Below, one piece after another: positions 1 through 12,599 of a DNA stretch of 64,000 nucleotides (position 1 is its first letter; every line of letters starts with the position of its first letter). Both the position numbers and the translations under genes were made by a program. The notes beneath the pieces are model-generated. The model was not told the origin of the DNA and made no database searches. It was given only the letters and a program-made list of their open reading frames with translations. This stretch comes from Vicugna vicugna (Eukaryota). Location: the NCBI GenBank assembly GCA_013265495.1, contig MU058844.1, positions 1,432,941 to 1,496,940 of the forward strand, given 5' to 3'.

Positions 1-384
1 CAAAATGGAGAAGAAAAAGCTTTTGCGGGGAGGAGGAGAGACCAGGCATACAGTATACGAAATATTTTTGAAGGAATCCACCTCTGCCTGCAAAATGAGG
101 TAGATAGGCTGGTGAATGTGAAGCAGGTGTGAAAGACACTAGTGGGAGATAACACAGACTTAGAAAGACAGATTAGGGAACCCCTGCAAAGTACTTTCAA
201 TGGACATCATGAATTTGATCATGACTTTCAATCAGTGAGAAGCTGGTATATCTGCAGTTAGTGGTAGTGAAAAGTAAAAATTGTAAACTTGTCATTATCA
301 ACCTCATTAATAGCTTTTGGATTATTGGAATAAATCTATTTATTGTCTACTGCAAGTGTTAAATTCTCCTTGACCAGCCACAAA

Positions 385-665
385 TAGCGTTATGGTAGTG
401 ATTAAGATCTCTGGCTTTGCAGAATATTCCTGGGTTCAAAATCTGCCCCCACATTCTGCATCCAGTTCTTCCTAGTTGTCTGACCATGGGCAAAGACTCT
501 TAACCTCTCTGTGCCTCTGTTTTTTGTGTTTTTAATCTATAAAATGGGAATCATGGGAGAATATAACTAGTAGACTTGTTCTAAGAATTAAATGAGTTAA
601 TATTCATGAAACATGAGAACAGTGGCCTCAGAGTAAATGCTCAACAAATGGCTGTTAGGTTTTAT
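385..665 (+). mobile_element. MIR SINE
   Basis: MIR core 'gggcaaagactcttaacctctctgtgcctctg...ctataaaatggg' and 3' part 'aattaaatgagttaata...gctcaacaaatg'. Confidence 0.85.
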
Positions 666-879
666 TGTTATTAAAATTATTACTTTTACCTGCAAGATTG
701 TTTTGGTATCTAAATTAAATGCTGATTCTGTAAGTCTAAGGAAACCAACTGAACAGCCTTTTTTCCTGGCCTGGCTATATCCTCAGCTCTGAAGCAGGAG
801 CTTAGTAATGTGTCCTGGGCCTGGTCTTCACCGCTTGAAATCTATTTGCTGAAGGAGTCATTCCTATGTGTGAGCCCTC

Positions 880-1200
880 TGGTTGGCACTGGGATATTCT
901 CCAGTAAGACACAGGCTATACTCCTGAAGGAGCTCACAGACCTGTGAATGACAAATTTCTGTGAATAAAAGATTTTTATGCAGTGGGATATGGCTAATAG
1001 GAGGGAGCATGTCAGACGGAGAATGCACTCTGGAAGCTGAGAAGAGGGATATTTTCTGGCCAGGTAAGAAGAGGAAGGTGTCATGATGGATTTGGAAGGA
1101 GAGGCAGGAGAGGAGAGTCTAGGCATAAGGGAAGAGCCTGCGTGCAGGGGAGAGTGAAAGCAGGGGGCGTGCTTGGGGAGTGGCTACCTGCCCATTGTGT
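880..1200 (-). mobile_element. L2 LINE 3' region fragment
   Basis: 'ggcactgggata...ctcctgaaggagctcacag' followed by purine-rich antisense L2-like text ('ggatttggaagga...ctaggcataagggaagagcctgcgtgca'). Confidence 0.6.
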
Positions 1201-1589
1201 CAGGAACCTCAGATGGACAGACTGGGAGGTGGCATTTGGGAAGACTGGAGAAGGAGGCCAGAGTTGGGTTGTGACTGCTTTTCTGGGGAATTTAGAATTA
1301 GTCAAGATTATTTTATACATGACTCCTTTGTATTTAACCTTCAAGTAACATTACCCCACAGGTACAGTTGTACTTTTCAGTTTATAGAGGAAATTCAGTA
1401 TGCGTGTTCCCTAAGTATTAACTAGTATTGGTAGGAATTTAGGGTTAGGAATAGAATCAGTCTTTCTTAAACTAAGTGATATGACAACCAACTGAATGTC
1501 CGCTAGTACTTGCTGAACTGTTCAGTATAATGGTAATGCAAGCTATGACTATAACAGTGATGAAAATGATAGCATGAGTAATAATAATA

Positions 1590-1720
1590 CCATCTAATAT
1601 GGATTGACAGTATTTTTTGTATCAGGAACTAGGAGAGCCTTTTCATGCCATTAGCATATTTAATCTTCACAATCTGTGTTCGAGACAGATACGATTATTG
1701 TGTATATCAGAAAACATTTT
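1590..1720 (-). mobile_element. MIR fragment
   Basis: 'cattagcatatttaatcttcacaat' resembles the antisense MIR 3' part. Confidence 0.5.
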
Positions 1721-1845
1721 ATAAACCAATGAAACAAACCAATGGTATGGTAGGTTATGTTATGTTCTTAATATGCCCCATAGGCCTCCTATGCCTCTTA
1801 TTTTCCTTCCTTGGCCATCTTTGCTCTGGTTTTATGCTATAGGCT

Positions 1846-1940
1846 AGAGAGAGAGACAGAGAGACTAAAACAAAGAGAAAGGAGAGAGAGAGAGAGGGAG
1901 AGAGACAGAGAAACAGAAACAGAGAGAAGAGAGGAAGAGG
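1846..1940 (+). repeat. GA-rich simple repeat
   Basis: Degenerate (AG)n tract. Confidence 0.9.
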
Positions 1941-2989
1941 AATGGGGAACAGGGAGATCTTTAGGAAATTATTATCCCTAACTGCAGTCTGAGTTTTGTT
2001 TTTCTTTTTAAAACTTACTTAGAGAGAAATAATAAAGACCATCCTATAGTGTAAGAATAGTATTCTCTCCTGCTGATTTTGCTTGGTTGAGGTGCTGAAT
2101 TTGAGATTCTGGAAGATTACACTGGGTTTCAAGTAGACGGAGACTTTGTCTCCTCTATCTGCCTATCAAGCTAGACTCAAAGTAGGCGCTAGAGTATAGT
2201 ATCACTTCCCTCCCCACTCACTACATTTGCACAAAATCAGGTACTTGGGTACCAGCTCAAGATAGTCACTAACTTTCTACTTAGAACATTTATGTGGTTG
2301 TGGGGAAAAAAATTGAATAATGAACATTTGAAACTCTCAGAGTACTATCAGGAAGATATCAATGGACAGTCCCTTAAGATTGGAACTCATTCTATGGGGA
2401 AATTTTGACGGAATTGCCAATTTAGAAATTTAAATCTTGGACTTATATTAAAAAAATTAAGAAGAAAAGAAAATCCCCAAACCCTTGCAGAAGCAGGGAT
2501 TTGCTTAAAGTTCTTTTAATCCCTAACAACTGTGGGTCTAAGATATTCACAAAATGAGAGGAAAGAAACTATGTTTAATTTTCTCATCTGAACTAGTCTC
2601 CTTTTGCCTGCTTTTTTCCAAATTTCAACTGCTTAGCATGTTGGCCAGATCCTGCAGTGAACGTCACTTTAGAACAATCTGAATGGGAAAACCACAGAGC
2701 CCCACTTCTTTAAAATTATGCACCAACAAATCCAGAATAATCAGAGGAAGCACGAGATGGATTAAGTTTTACCTAAAGTGGAATTTAAGACATTCCACAA
2801 GTAATTGATTCTCTTTCTAGGATAATTTGAGGACAAAAGTTTATTTGACTCTTAAACAGAATAGCAGTTCACAATTTTAACATCGGTGTAAAGCCAGAAT
2901 GGTGAGGACATTTTCTGATATAACTGATAAGTTTTCTTTTTGCCACCACTGTACTGCCCCCTCTATTTTCACACCTTCCACTCTGTTGC

Positions 2990-3140
2990 AATTCTTAGTT
3001 TATATTCTTGTCTCCCCTATTAGATTAGAGTTCCTTGAGAACAGGAGTCTCTTCTTATTTACTCTTATAAAAGGTATTCTCAATAGTTGCCACTATCTGG
3101 TACACAGGTAGGCAGTCAACCAGTGCTTGTTAAATGTATG
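2990..3140 (+). mobile_element. L2 3' end
   Basis: 'tgtctcccctattagattagagttccttgagaacagg...ctggtacacaggtaggcagtcaaccagtgcttgttaaatg'. Confidence 0.75.
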
Positions 3141-4599
3141 TATAAGTTAGTTTGTGCAGGCAAAAACTGTACAATGGTAATGACAAGTCCTGGATTCTGT
3201 TTGAGCTCTGCCATTAAGTAAATTTGAACTGTTGATTTAATGTCTTTTCACCTATAAAAGATGATTTTGAAAATTTCTTCCAGTAAATGTTTAGTTCTAG
3301 AGCAAGAGATTCATAGCATTTTATAAATGTGACGTATAAGGCATATATTATAAATGAATAGTTCAAATTTTGATCTCTGACCACCGTATTTTGGAAACCT
3401 GTATACTATATTCTTTTTTTTTTTTTTTCTCATTTTGCCGAAGATTTCAATTACCCTCCTTTCTGGCTTATTTTGTTTCTTTCCCACTGATTCTTAGGGT
3501 AAGAAAAGAAGTGAGAAAAACAGTCTTTTTATTGAGGATATTGAAGGTCGGAGAACTTTGTTCTTAATGCTAGCTGCTTCATTTCTCTGAGCTGTTTCCA
3601 TGCCAGCCTAAAACAGCAACCTGATTCCTTAAGTGTGTTATAATTCTACTATAATTTATGATAGTGAAGGGAAACACAGTGGAAGAAGGTAAATCAAGTT
3701 GGATTTTCCAAGGAAATATCAAACCACAGATTGGTTATTGGGTGACATCGCCTTCTTTTTAAGATCATGTAGATTCTTAAAATTGTGTATAGGCAACGAT
3801 TACCCTAGAAATTGTCCATGCTTTGGAAAAGCTTGTGTGGCAATTGCAAAATCATCCCTCCATTTGAACTTAACCCAGAGAGGGAAACGTCCTACTTGCT
3901 TTCCCTCCTGCAGAGATGGAAGGGGGGAAAGGGGTGTTTGTGGGGAAGATAGGAAGAGGAAGGGGTTTGTGTAATGAGGGGAAAAATCATTGAAGAGTTT
4001 ATAAACAGTCACAGTGCACTGAGGCGATTGCGTTTGAGACTCTGGGAAAAAGAAACACAATAAACCCAATTATTGTCCTCGTTTCATCAGAGGAGATTGT
4101 CCATTTTGTGTCTTGTTCTATGTTTCAAAGATTGATACCAAAATAAAAACAATGAGGTACTCGTGGTATTTTCTTTACTAATTTGTCAGTTGAAAATCAG
4201 CTTCCAAGAAAGCAGGATTTTGAGTGTACTACAGATGAGTTTTATTCAGAACTTCTCTTAGCTGTCATTTAAAGCAATAATGTGTTTTGTTTTGTTTTGT
4301 TTTTCCTTAATTTAAGAGAGCCATGAAAGGCCCAGGGAGAAATTTGTTACCAGAAGTCAGTTTAAGAATCTCTGATTTGAGAAGGGGTTGGTAGTCTATA
4401 ATCTAAAATTCAAGGTGGGAGGGACTTTTCAAAATTATTGGAAGCAATGTAGATGTGGAAGCTCTTGTGAGCTCTTATGAGAGAGTCTAGTTACGGGTTT
4501 GCAAGGCCAGGTACTTGATGTGTTCCCAGTTTGTAGCTTGAGAAGGAGCAATCTCTAAATCCTTGTCCCCTCATTGTGTAAGTGTGTATGTGTGTGTGT

Positions 4600-5460
4600 C
4601 TGTTTACTAAACAATTAAACAAACAAAAATACAAATAATGCCCCTTTCTCAGTCCTCCTGGGTGTTTCCCCCCAGGCAACCTCATGTGCAGCCTCCAATT
4701 TTGCAGGCTGGGGCCGCCTGGCCTGTGTGAGACAATAGATATGCAAGATAGCAACAGGGCAGTTGCTCTGAGGCCTTGGCCTTTATCAGGATTAACTGTT
4801 ACAAGCAAAACAGGGCAGCAGGGTTTTTCCATCATTGGCTTGTGCTGTTCCTGGGTGCCAGATGGCATTATATCCATGAAAAAAATGCCGCAAGTTATAA
4901 TGTTGACCAGGCGCTGTTATTTCCACTCGATCACACTGTTTGGGGCTCGCTTTGATGTACAAAACACTCCTAAGATAATGAAATGCGTTGGCAGCTGGCT
5001 AATGGCTGGGAAAGTGCAAACCCTGCATTGAACTCTTCCACCAGACTATTCAATGGCAAGGTAACGGCAGGCCTGAGCTGGAGAGGCAGCAAAGAGGCTC
5101 GTTGCCAGGCAGGCCCGGGACTCCTGGGCAAGCGGCTGTGGAAGGGTTGGTATTTTTCTGTCTTCAATAGACATGGTCTGTGCCTGCAGCAAGTGAGAAA
5201 TAAATCCATCAAGGCCAAGCTCAGGCTTATTTTGAAGCGGCTGCTGGAATTTGCATAAGAGCCTGATGCACACAGGTAAACAAAGACGGTCTACCAAAGT
5301 GGAGGTGATCTGAGAACTGTTAGTTTTTGTTTGTGTACAAAGTAGAGCCTCATCTTTATGCAAAAAAAGGGGTCTTTTGAATTAAATTTGACTTTGCTGC
5401 CGCTAATCTTTTCACTGGCCTGATTCACTGGGAAAGTAGAGCATGCATAATTGGATAGGG
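4600..5460. promoter_or_regulatory. Candidate enhancer (repeat-free, motif-rich)
   Basis: TGTTTAC 4601-4607, CTTTGAT 4950-4956, CAGCTG 4992-4997, ATTTGCAT 5249-5256, GTAAACA 5276-5282; retained CpGs. Confidence 0.4.
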
Positions 5461-5730
5461 AGGCGTTTTCTCAGCCCTCTCTCCCCTGATGCTATAGGCC
5501 GACTCCACAGAGATACACCCTTTGGGAAGTCCTCCTTTGCTCCTGTACCCCTCTGCCCATAACCCCACCCCAATCCCCACTGATTTGCTGGCCACCAAAG
5601 GTTCTTCCACTATCTGGACTCCCCCCACCTAAGCAGAAATCCTCTCCATTTAAAGTGCCTCCTAATTCTCCAGTTTGCTCTTATCTATGTTGTTAGAACA
5701 TAAACTTAGAGCAGAAACTCTCCTTAAGAT

Positions 5731-6071
5731 CAAAGGTCAGGAAACTATGGGCCAGCTCCAGTATCAGATCCCGCCTACCACCTGTTTTTGTACAGCTAAC
5801 AAAGCTAAGAAGCGTTTTTATATTTTTCAATGATTGGGAAAGATCAAAAGAAGAATATTTTGTGACACATGATCATTCTATGAAATTGAAATGCTAATGT
5901 CCCAAAGTGAAGCTTTATTGGCATAGTGCCATACCATTCATTTACATATTGTCTGTGGCTGTTTTTGCACTACAGCTGCAGGACTGAGTTGCTGCTTCAG
6001 AGACTTTAGGACAGCCTGCAGTGCCTCACATATTTACTATCTGGCTCTTTGCAGAAAATGTTTGATCCCTG
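5731..6071 (+). mobile_element. MER58B-like hAT-Charlie non-autonomous DNA transposon, full length
   Basis: Starts 'caaaggtcaggaaact' and ends 'gaaaatgtttgatccctg' (degenerate TIRs). Internal 'catttacatattgtctgtggctg' and 'atatttactatctggctctttgcagaaaa'. Flanking 8-mers cttaagat/cctaagct (6/8) fit a hAT TSD. Confidence 0.85.
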
Positions 6072-7219
6072 CCTAAGCTTTTTTTGCTGAACCACCAACT
6101 GGGTACTTAGTGCACCTTTCTGATCCTTTCTGAAGTCTGAAGTACGTTTAGCTGGTCAAGAAGTTCTCCACAATCCCAGCATTTTCATCACCTTTATCTG
6201 AAAAAGTTGTTCCTGTTACCATCTGAAACACTTTCCTTCCTTTCTAGCTTAAAATGGAACCAGTTTTTGAAGTTCTTGCTAAAGCTTCCTCTCTGTACTC
6301 TGTCTCTCCACAGTCAACGCCTAAGTTGGCCTTTAAGTAAATACTTCAGGTTTGAAATGTCCCAAGGGTGTCTGTTCAGCTTGGAAATCTGAGGGGAAAA
6401 GCTGGGGTGGGAGGAATCTGATGATAAAGCTTCTTTCTGTGGCATCTTTATTTTCTAGACTCCTTCTGACAGTCCACAGCATTGGGTTCACAGCTCAAGG
6501 CTGGAAGCTAATCTGAGCCATCGGGAAAGGCTCTGCCTGTCTCATAACTGGTGTCTGTTTCTGCTGGGAGCTCTGCCTTTCTTAGTTTGAACGGTGTCTT
6601 CTTAAAAAAAATACGCTGAACCGCGCTTTTGTTTCCTCCTCATCCTGTTTGTCAGGGGGGCCTGGGTATGTGATCTGTAACTTCCTACCTACTCCAGTTT
6701 ATCTTATGGTGCTGGAAACTTCTTTCTGGACTCTGGCTTCACAAGATTGTGGGCCACAGCTGTTCTGGGTCTAGTAAATGTGGACTCTTTCTTCCAAAAG
6801 ATACAATAGTTGGCTCTATATGGTGGGTTATGGGTGACTATTTCTTGTGCTTTTCTGTGTTTCTTAAGGGGAACATAGATTTCTTTCATATCAAAGAGGA
6901 AAAAAAATATTTAAAAAGGGAAGAGATTTTAAAAGTACCAGTTTAGTAATAATCGCTACTTACTGATGAATGTCTCAATTCCTTCCTTCCTTCCATCTCT
7001 TCTTGAAGTGTGCCCATATACGTACAGATGGTATTTAAATCCATGAAACCTAGGTAGATCAACTTTGTATATTATGATTTCATCAAAAATTATATGTATG
7101 AGACAGATAGAGGGTATCTGAGAATGTGTTGAATTTGCACTAAAACAAAAACCCCAAAACCCTGGACTTCTGGTTTCAGGGTCCAGCATCCAAGAAAATA
7201 AGTAAAAAGTTTAACAAAC

Positions 7220-7376
7220 TGAAAAAAAGACCTGGAATGATAGTCAACAAATCATCAACAGTAGGTATGTTTGTAAGTAGATTTAGGGGATAATGGGTAC
7301 TTTCACTTTATGCTAAACTTGTTGGATTGTTTAAAATTTTTAATTGTGATGATGTATTACATTTGAAATGATAAAA
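7220..7376 (+). mobile_element. Old L1 (L1ME-like) 3' UTR end
   Basis: 'aaaaagacctggaatgata...caacagtagg...ttgtttaaaatttttaa...atgtattacatttgaaatgataaaa'. Confidence 0.55.
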
Positions 7377-7631
7377 CTCCAATCCCACATATATTTTCCA
7401 AGACCCTTTGAATATCCATTGTCCCCACCTACATCTGTTATTAATCAGCCCACCCCCTCCCATGGCAAGAAACCCTGACTCTTAGACCCCTAGATCACCC
7501 TCCATGGAACATTTGAAAAATTCTAGTGTTATAGCTCATCTGGGATGGAAAGGGAGTCAAACTTCCTTTAAGGCTTCAGATTTTTGACTTATGCATAGAA
7601 AACCTTTTTTTTTTTTCCTCCAGGGTTATAT

Positions 7632-7658
7632 TGTGTGTGTGTGTGTGTGTGTGTGTGT
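7632..7658 (+). repeat. (TG)n microsatellite
   Basis: About 13 TG units. Confidence 0.95.
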
Positions 7659-7689
7659 ATAGTAGTCAGCTATGTTTTCCTTTGTTATC

Positions 7690-7760
7690 TGTGCTTATTG
7701 TACAATTTCTTATCCATCTGGAATTTATTTGTGTATAAATTGTGAAGTGGGAATCTGATG
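7690..7760 (-). mobile_element. Old L1 ORF2 fragment (left part of an interrupted copy)
   Basis: 'tatccatctggaatttatttgtgtataaattgtgaagtgggaatct' matches antisense L1 ORF2. Confidence 0.55.
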
Positions 7761-7859
7761 TAGGATGTTTTGACCCCACCATTTTGTAATCAACACAAAT
7801 TAAAGCTGACAGTTACAAGTGCACATGGTAAAATAACTTACTAACTAGTTGCTTCCAGA

Positions 7860-8130
7860 AGACTAAACCTCCTTGACAATTTATATCTGCAGTATTTGAC
7901 TTGGGAAAAATTGATAATAACAATGATCATGGAGAAAAACTAAGAGTGGCAGAAGTTTTAATTAATAAGATTTGATAAGGATAAAACAATGTGCTGTCCA
8001 TTGTTATAACATCTACGTGAAAAATAAATTTTTGGTCTCAATGGAAATAATTTTGGGTAAGATAAAAATGGAAATGGTGATAATTAGAGAAATGTTTTAA
8101 TCATGCTATATAGCAGATATATTGAGGAAA
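7860..8130 (+). mobile_element. Putative RTE-clade LINE ORF2 C-terminal relic
   Basis: Manual translation gives ISAVFDLGKIDNNNDHGEKLRVAEV (7928-7954 = HGEKLRVAE) and KCFNHA (8090-8107), resembling RTE 'H..KL.VAEM' and 'RWFGHV'. Confidence 0.35.
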
Positions 8131-8279
8131 AGTAAAAATAGTTTGAGTCCAGAAAATTTTCCAAGAAAAATCCAGTGTTGGTAAAATTATGGTTTTTAAA
8201 AATTGTTTGAATTGAGAAGACTAGAGTGAAAAAGTTCTTGGGGCTAAATCAGTGGTGTCAAGATGCTCCTTTTCTATGG

Positions 8280-8600
8280 AGATCAAACTTTAGTTTTCGA
8301 AATGGGTTTCTTACTATTCTGAGACCATTTATGTAGGCCCTGATCGCTTCTTACAACTGGTTTAAAATGAACCTTTTTCATTCATGGAATTCCCATACTT
8401 GGATTTATGTCTGGACTCTGTTTTATTTCATCCATCTGCTTCCCTAATCTGCACTGTTTTTAATTACTGTAGATTTAAAATAGTGTTGATAATTAGTTGA
8501 GTAAGCTCCCTCTGCCCTGCTATTGGAATAATTTTCCACCATTTTCTTAGCTGCTCTCTCATTTTACTCTTTTAAGGAACTTTAGCATCAGCTAGTTTAA
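8280..8600 (-). mobile_element. Old L1 ORF2 fragment (right part)
   Basis: 'gaccatttatg...attcccatacttggatttatgtctggactctg...ttttaattactgtagattta...aactttagcatcagc' matches antisense L1 ORF2. Confidence 0.7.
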
Positions 8601-8775
8601 ATAGACCATGTTTTTAATAACTCATTAACATGCTACATAATACAGATATTTTAGCTTTACTCTCCTATACAGTTTTTTAAAATATCTTGGCTTAATTTTA
8701 TATGTATTTATATCTAGCCATCTAATCTTTATATATATCTCTGTATCTGTATATAGAGATGTATATGTAGATATA

Positions 8776-8812
<37 letters not shown>
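8776..8812 (+). repeat. (TG)n(TA)n compound microsatellite
   Basis: Direct inspection. Confidence 0.95.
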
Positions 8813-9149
8813 GTTTGGTTTTTAGCTTTTAAATTAATCAAATTAATTGATATTTACTTTCAGATTTGTTTTCTTATTTTGAGCCCTTAATGATCCTTTG
8901 GTATTCATTCCTTTTGAAGATAATTTTAGTATATTTTTTCCCATTATCCTTTTATTTCCAAAAATAATAAGGTCAGAGAGCCGTAGGATCTTGCATATGA
9001 GATAATTTTGGCACCTACTTGGAAGTAAAAATGGCAAAGGTTTATTTTTTTCCCTGAAATTCAATATATATTCTGAGTGTTGATGAAGGGCCAAGATGTT
9101 TAAATGTCCTTGCTAGTGGGATTTCCTTATGTCTTGTTTCTCTCTTTCA

Positions 9150-9350
9150 AAGAATGAGAATCTATTACTTATCCTGTCCTTTGTTGTGTCCTCTAAATTC
9201 TTGGATGAAATTCACAAGGAGCTTTTAAAGTCTGCCTCCCCTTTGATGATAGCTGGTGATTTGAATTTGCATTCTAATGTCTCTCCTAAGGGGAGAGCCT
9301 TAACCTTCACAATGCTATACTTTATGAATTTGATACTAGACAATGGACAA
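9150..9350 (+). mobile_element. Ancient LINE (L2/CR1-like) AP-endonuclease relic
   Basis: ORF 9129-9416 contains KFLDEIHKELLKSASPLMIAGDLNLH; GDLNLH (IAGDLNLH at 9249-9272) resembles the GDFN(I)H catalytic motif of LINE endonucleases. Confidence 0.45.
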
Positions 9351-9477
9351 TTCTTTGAACTCTTGTCTCACTTATATATCATTTGTCTATGGTTTATTTT
9401 GGGGTTAATCATGTGACATTTGGGTTTTTGTGGGGATTTTTTTTTTGCAAACAGTCTTTCATATTCAAGTCCTATTC

Positions 9478-9575
9478 CGTGAAGGCAGAAATTAAGTCTA
9501 ATTTCTAATTCTATTCAGTGTATAAAACAGTGCTTGGTACACAGTAGGTACCTAGTAAATATTGTTGGTTGGCTG
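9478..9575 (+). mobile_element. L2 3' end
   Basis: 'aacagtgcttggtacacagtaggtacctagtaaatattgttgg'. Confidence 0.75.
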
Positions 9576-9639
9576 ACCTGTGCTCTTTTATTTCCAAACC
9601 CAACCTTTAAATGCCAGTTTATCGGAATTAGCCATTTGT

Positions 9640-10652
9640 CTGCCCAAGATGTCATTATGGCATATCCGAAACCAAGCTGACGTCCCAAAGCCTCTGACTC
9701 TTCTTATTCCCCAGTTCTGATATTGGTGTCTTCCCGATGTTTAGACTCAGCCCTTTTCCGTCACTGATGAGCTTCTTCTCTCTCTCTCCCCTGCACCCCC
9801 CTTCGCATCCACACAATTTGTCGATTCGACTTTACAGTCTCCACACCCGTTCAGTTCTTACGGTTCCCGTGCCCTAGTTCACAATCTTGTTCCCTCTCAC
9901 TTGGCTATTAGACTTTCCCCCTGGTTATTATCTCTTCCTTCTTTCCTGTCCCTCACTCACCAAAATTCGTTTTAATATTGCTTCTAGAACAATCGCCCTT
10001 AAAAAGTTGGGACCTACCCCTATGTGCCGATAATGATTTCTTGTTGCCTATAGAATACAATTCAAATGTTCTAACCTGCTTTGCATGTTCTTCCAGAGCG
10101 TAAAGGGCCCCATCATTATTTCCAACTTACTCTGTATCCTGCCATGCACATTTTTCTCTAGCCAGGGTGGTGTACTGTCATTCCCTGGACAAACCCCATA
10201 ATCGTTGCTACTGATCTTCGTTCCATCCCTCTGTGCTGTAGCCACACAGGCTTTTTTCAGTTGATTGCCCTCTATGACCTGTCCCACTATAGTCTCTGCC
10301 AGCCGTGCCCTCCCCAGCTTATCTGTCAGCCCCATTTGGTTGTGTAACAGTCACTTACTCTCTGGATCTCACTCCAAAATGACTTCACAGGGAATCCCTT
10401 CCATGATTTCTCTCAGGGAGCCTTCCCTGTTTCCCACTTTATCCTAGGTCAGGTTAAACACTGTCATAGCTCTTGTACTAAAAGGCACACAATATTATAT
10501 ACATATTTGTGAGGTTATTTGATTAAGAACTCAATCTCCCTCACTGTACTTTAAAGTGTAAGTGAAGAGATCTGGACCACTCTGCTCACCACTGTAACAC
10601 CCCCTGTAGTGTGTGCACACGACCACACACTAAGTACTAAATGAATGAATGC
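9640..10652 (+). mobile_element. L2 LINE, ~1 kb 3' portion
   Basis: Pyrimidine-rich L2 body ('ttgcctatagaatacaattcaaat', 'ctccaaaatgacttcacagggaatcccttcc') ending in 'aaatgaatgaatg'. Confidence 0.75.
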
Positions 10653-12204
10653 AACAATGTCTGTACAAGTCTCAGCCATGAGCCTTACCCCATCTCCTCT
10701 CAGGAGCTGTCTGAGAGCCCCCATTTTGAACTCTCTCTCTCTCTTTTTCTCTAATCCCAACACACTTATCTCTTCTCCAGTAGCTGGTAATTCCTAGAGA
10801 GTAGTTATCTGTCTTATCCTCACCACAGGTCCCCCTAGGAAGCCAGGAGGATGATTGGGTTTGTGGTTAAGGATGAGCTTAACACAAGGCTTTGTTCATG
10901 GAAGTGAGTAATAAAGGTTTGCAAAAGTTGAAATGTTGGTTAAATCTGAAATGTTTGGAGTATTATATCATGCTTCTAATGATATCAAGGTTAGAATCAG
11001 AAGCCCATCTGAACCACTGTCCTCCAAATTATTCCTCAGTCTTAGCCAGTCAATTCATAAATGTGTGAGGATGTTAATTAAAGAGACGGGGATAGAATGT
11101 GTGATGAGTTTAGTGGGAATCCATACCTATGAGTAGAAACCCTTGCGCTGATGCTGGTGGGTTAATGATAGCCTCTTACTTTCTTATTTGGTTTTCTTTT
11201 TTATACCTAACTTGATAATCTTGTTAATAAATTCTGGTGGATAATGATAATCAGGAAATGGCAGGAAATAAAGATTAACAAATCCATGTTCATCCTGCGA
11301 ACTGCACCCTAGCTGAGGACCTAAACCCTCATGGAAAAACTTGGCCTTTGTCTACTTTAATCTGCTTTCGCAAAGGAAAGGTAGTGCTTGAGTTTTACCA
11401 AGGCTGCAAGTTTATTACTCTGAATTCCCCTCACAACAAAATGAGTTGTCCTTCAGCCTGATTTTGCCAGCTATTTCATTTGGACTAAGAGATGGTATAT
11501 TTCGAAAAACCATCAAAAAGTGTTCAAAAAGTGATGTAACACAATTGGTTTTGGATTGCCATAGAGTTTGGAGAATTTCCTGGGGCTTATGTGTTAACAT
11601 GAAGCCACAGTAAATAACATGGGAAAAGTTATACTTCATCCCGGAGCTGCCAAGGAGGTAGATACTAGTGGCATCTTGCAGGGCTGCATTGTGGGTTTTT
11701 TCTTAGCTGTTAGAAAGGTAGGATGTGTGGGTGTAGGTTTTAGTAACAGAAAATATACTCATTTATCTTTCTTGCGCTTGTGAGAAAATTCCCAAGAGAT
11801 ATTCTTCCGAGAGTCAGAAAAGGTATTATTCTGATCTCTGTGGGTGCTCAGAGATGCAAATTCCTCAATTTTGATAACATAGCACCTAGTGTGTTTCTTA
11901 ATTTTTTTTTTTTGATAAAGAATGGACTTTCCTGAAAGATAAGGGCCAGAAGAGGGAGAAGTCAAATTTCAGTGCTCTAGAAGAAAATGCTGAGTTCTTT
12001 GAGACTTCAGGTAACCTGCTCCACAGGGAGTCAGTGTCTACAGATTAGAAAGAAAGACCATGAGGTCATTGTCAGGTTCTGAGACTTTTATAACTTGTCT
12101 GTGTTTGCCAGGGTGGTCATTTCCTGTCCCCATCATGACTACCAGCTAAATGCTTAACATGAAAATTATTTATGGCCAATATGTTAAATATGGTGAATTA
12201 ATTA

Positions 12205-12580
12205 ATTAATTCCACCAATTTTTATTGAGTGCCTATTCTGTACCAGGGGTCCTCCCAGAGCCCTGGAAACACAGTAGTGAACACAGCAAAGATCTGTGCC
12301 TTCATTGAGCTGATGTTCTTGTGGAAAAATGATGAAGGGAAGTAAATAAAGTAAATGAAATCTATGAAGTGTTAGATGCTGAAATGTGCTATGGTGGGGG
12401 AGAAGGGAGAATAGAAGATGTTGAAGAAGGTAACGGTTGCAAATTTTAAATTTGGTTAACAAGAAATGTTCCATTGAGAAGGTGATATTTAAGTAAAGCT
12501 CTGAGGGAAGGGATAGAGCTAACTCTGTGGTTATCTGGAGGAAGGGTGTTTCAGGCAGAAGAATACAAAGTTCAAAGATG
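12205..12580 (-). mobile_element. L2a 3' end
   Basis: 'tttattgagtgcctattctgtaccagg...acagtagtgaaca...gagaaggtgatattt...tttcaggcagaagaatacaaagttcaaaga'. Confidence 0.85.
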
Positions 12581-12599
12581 ACTTCTGAAACTAGGTTAG

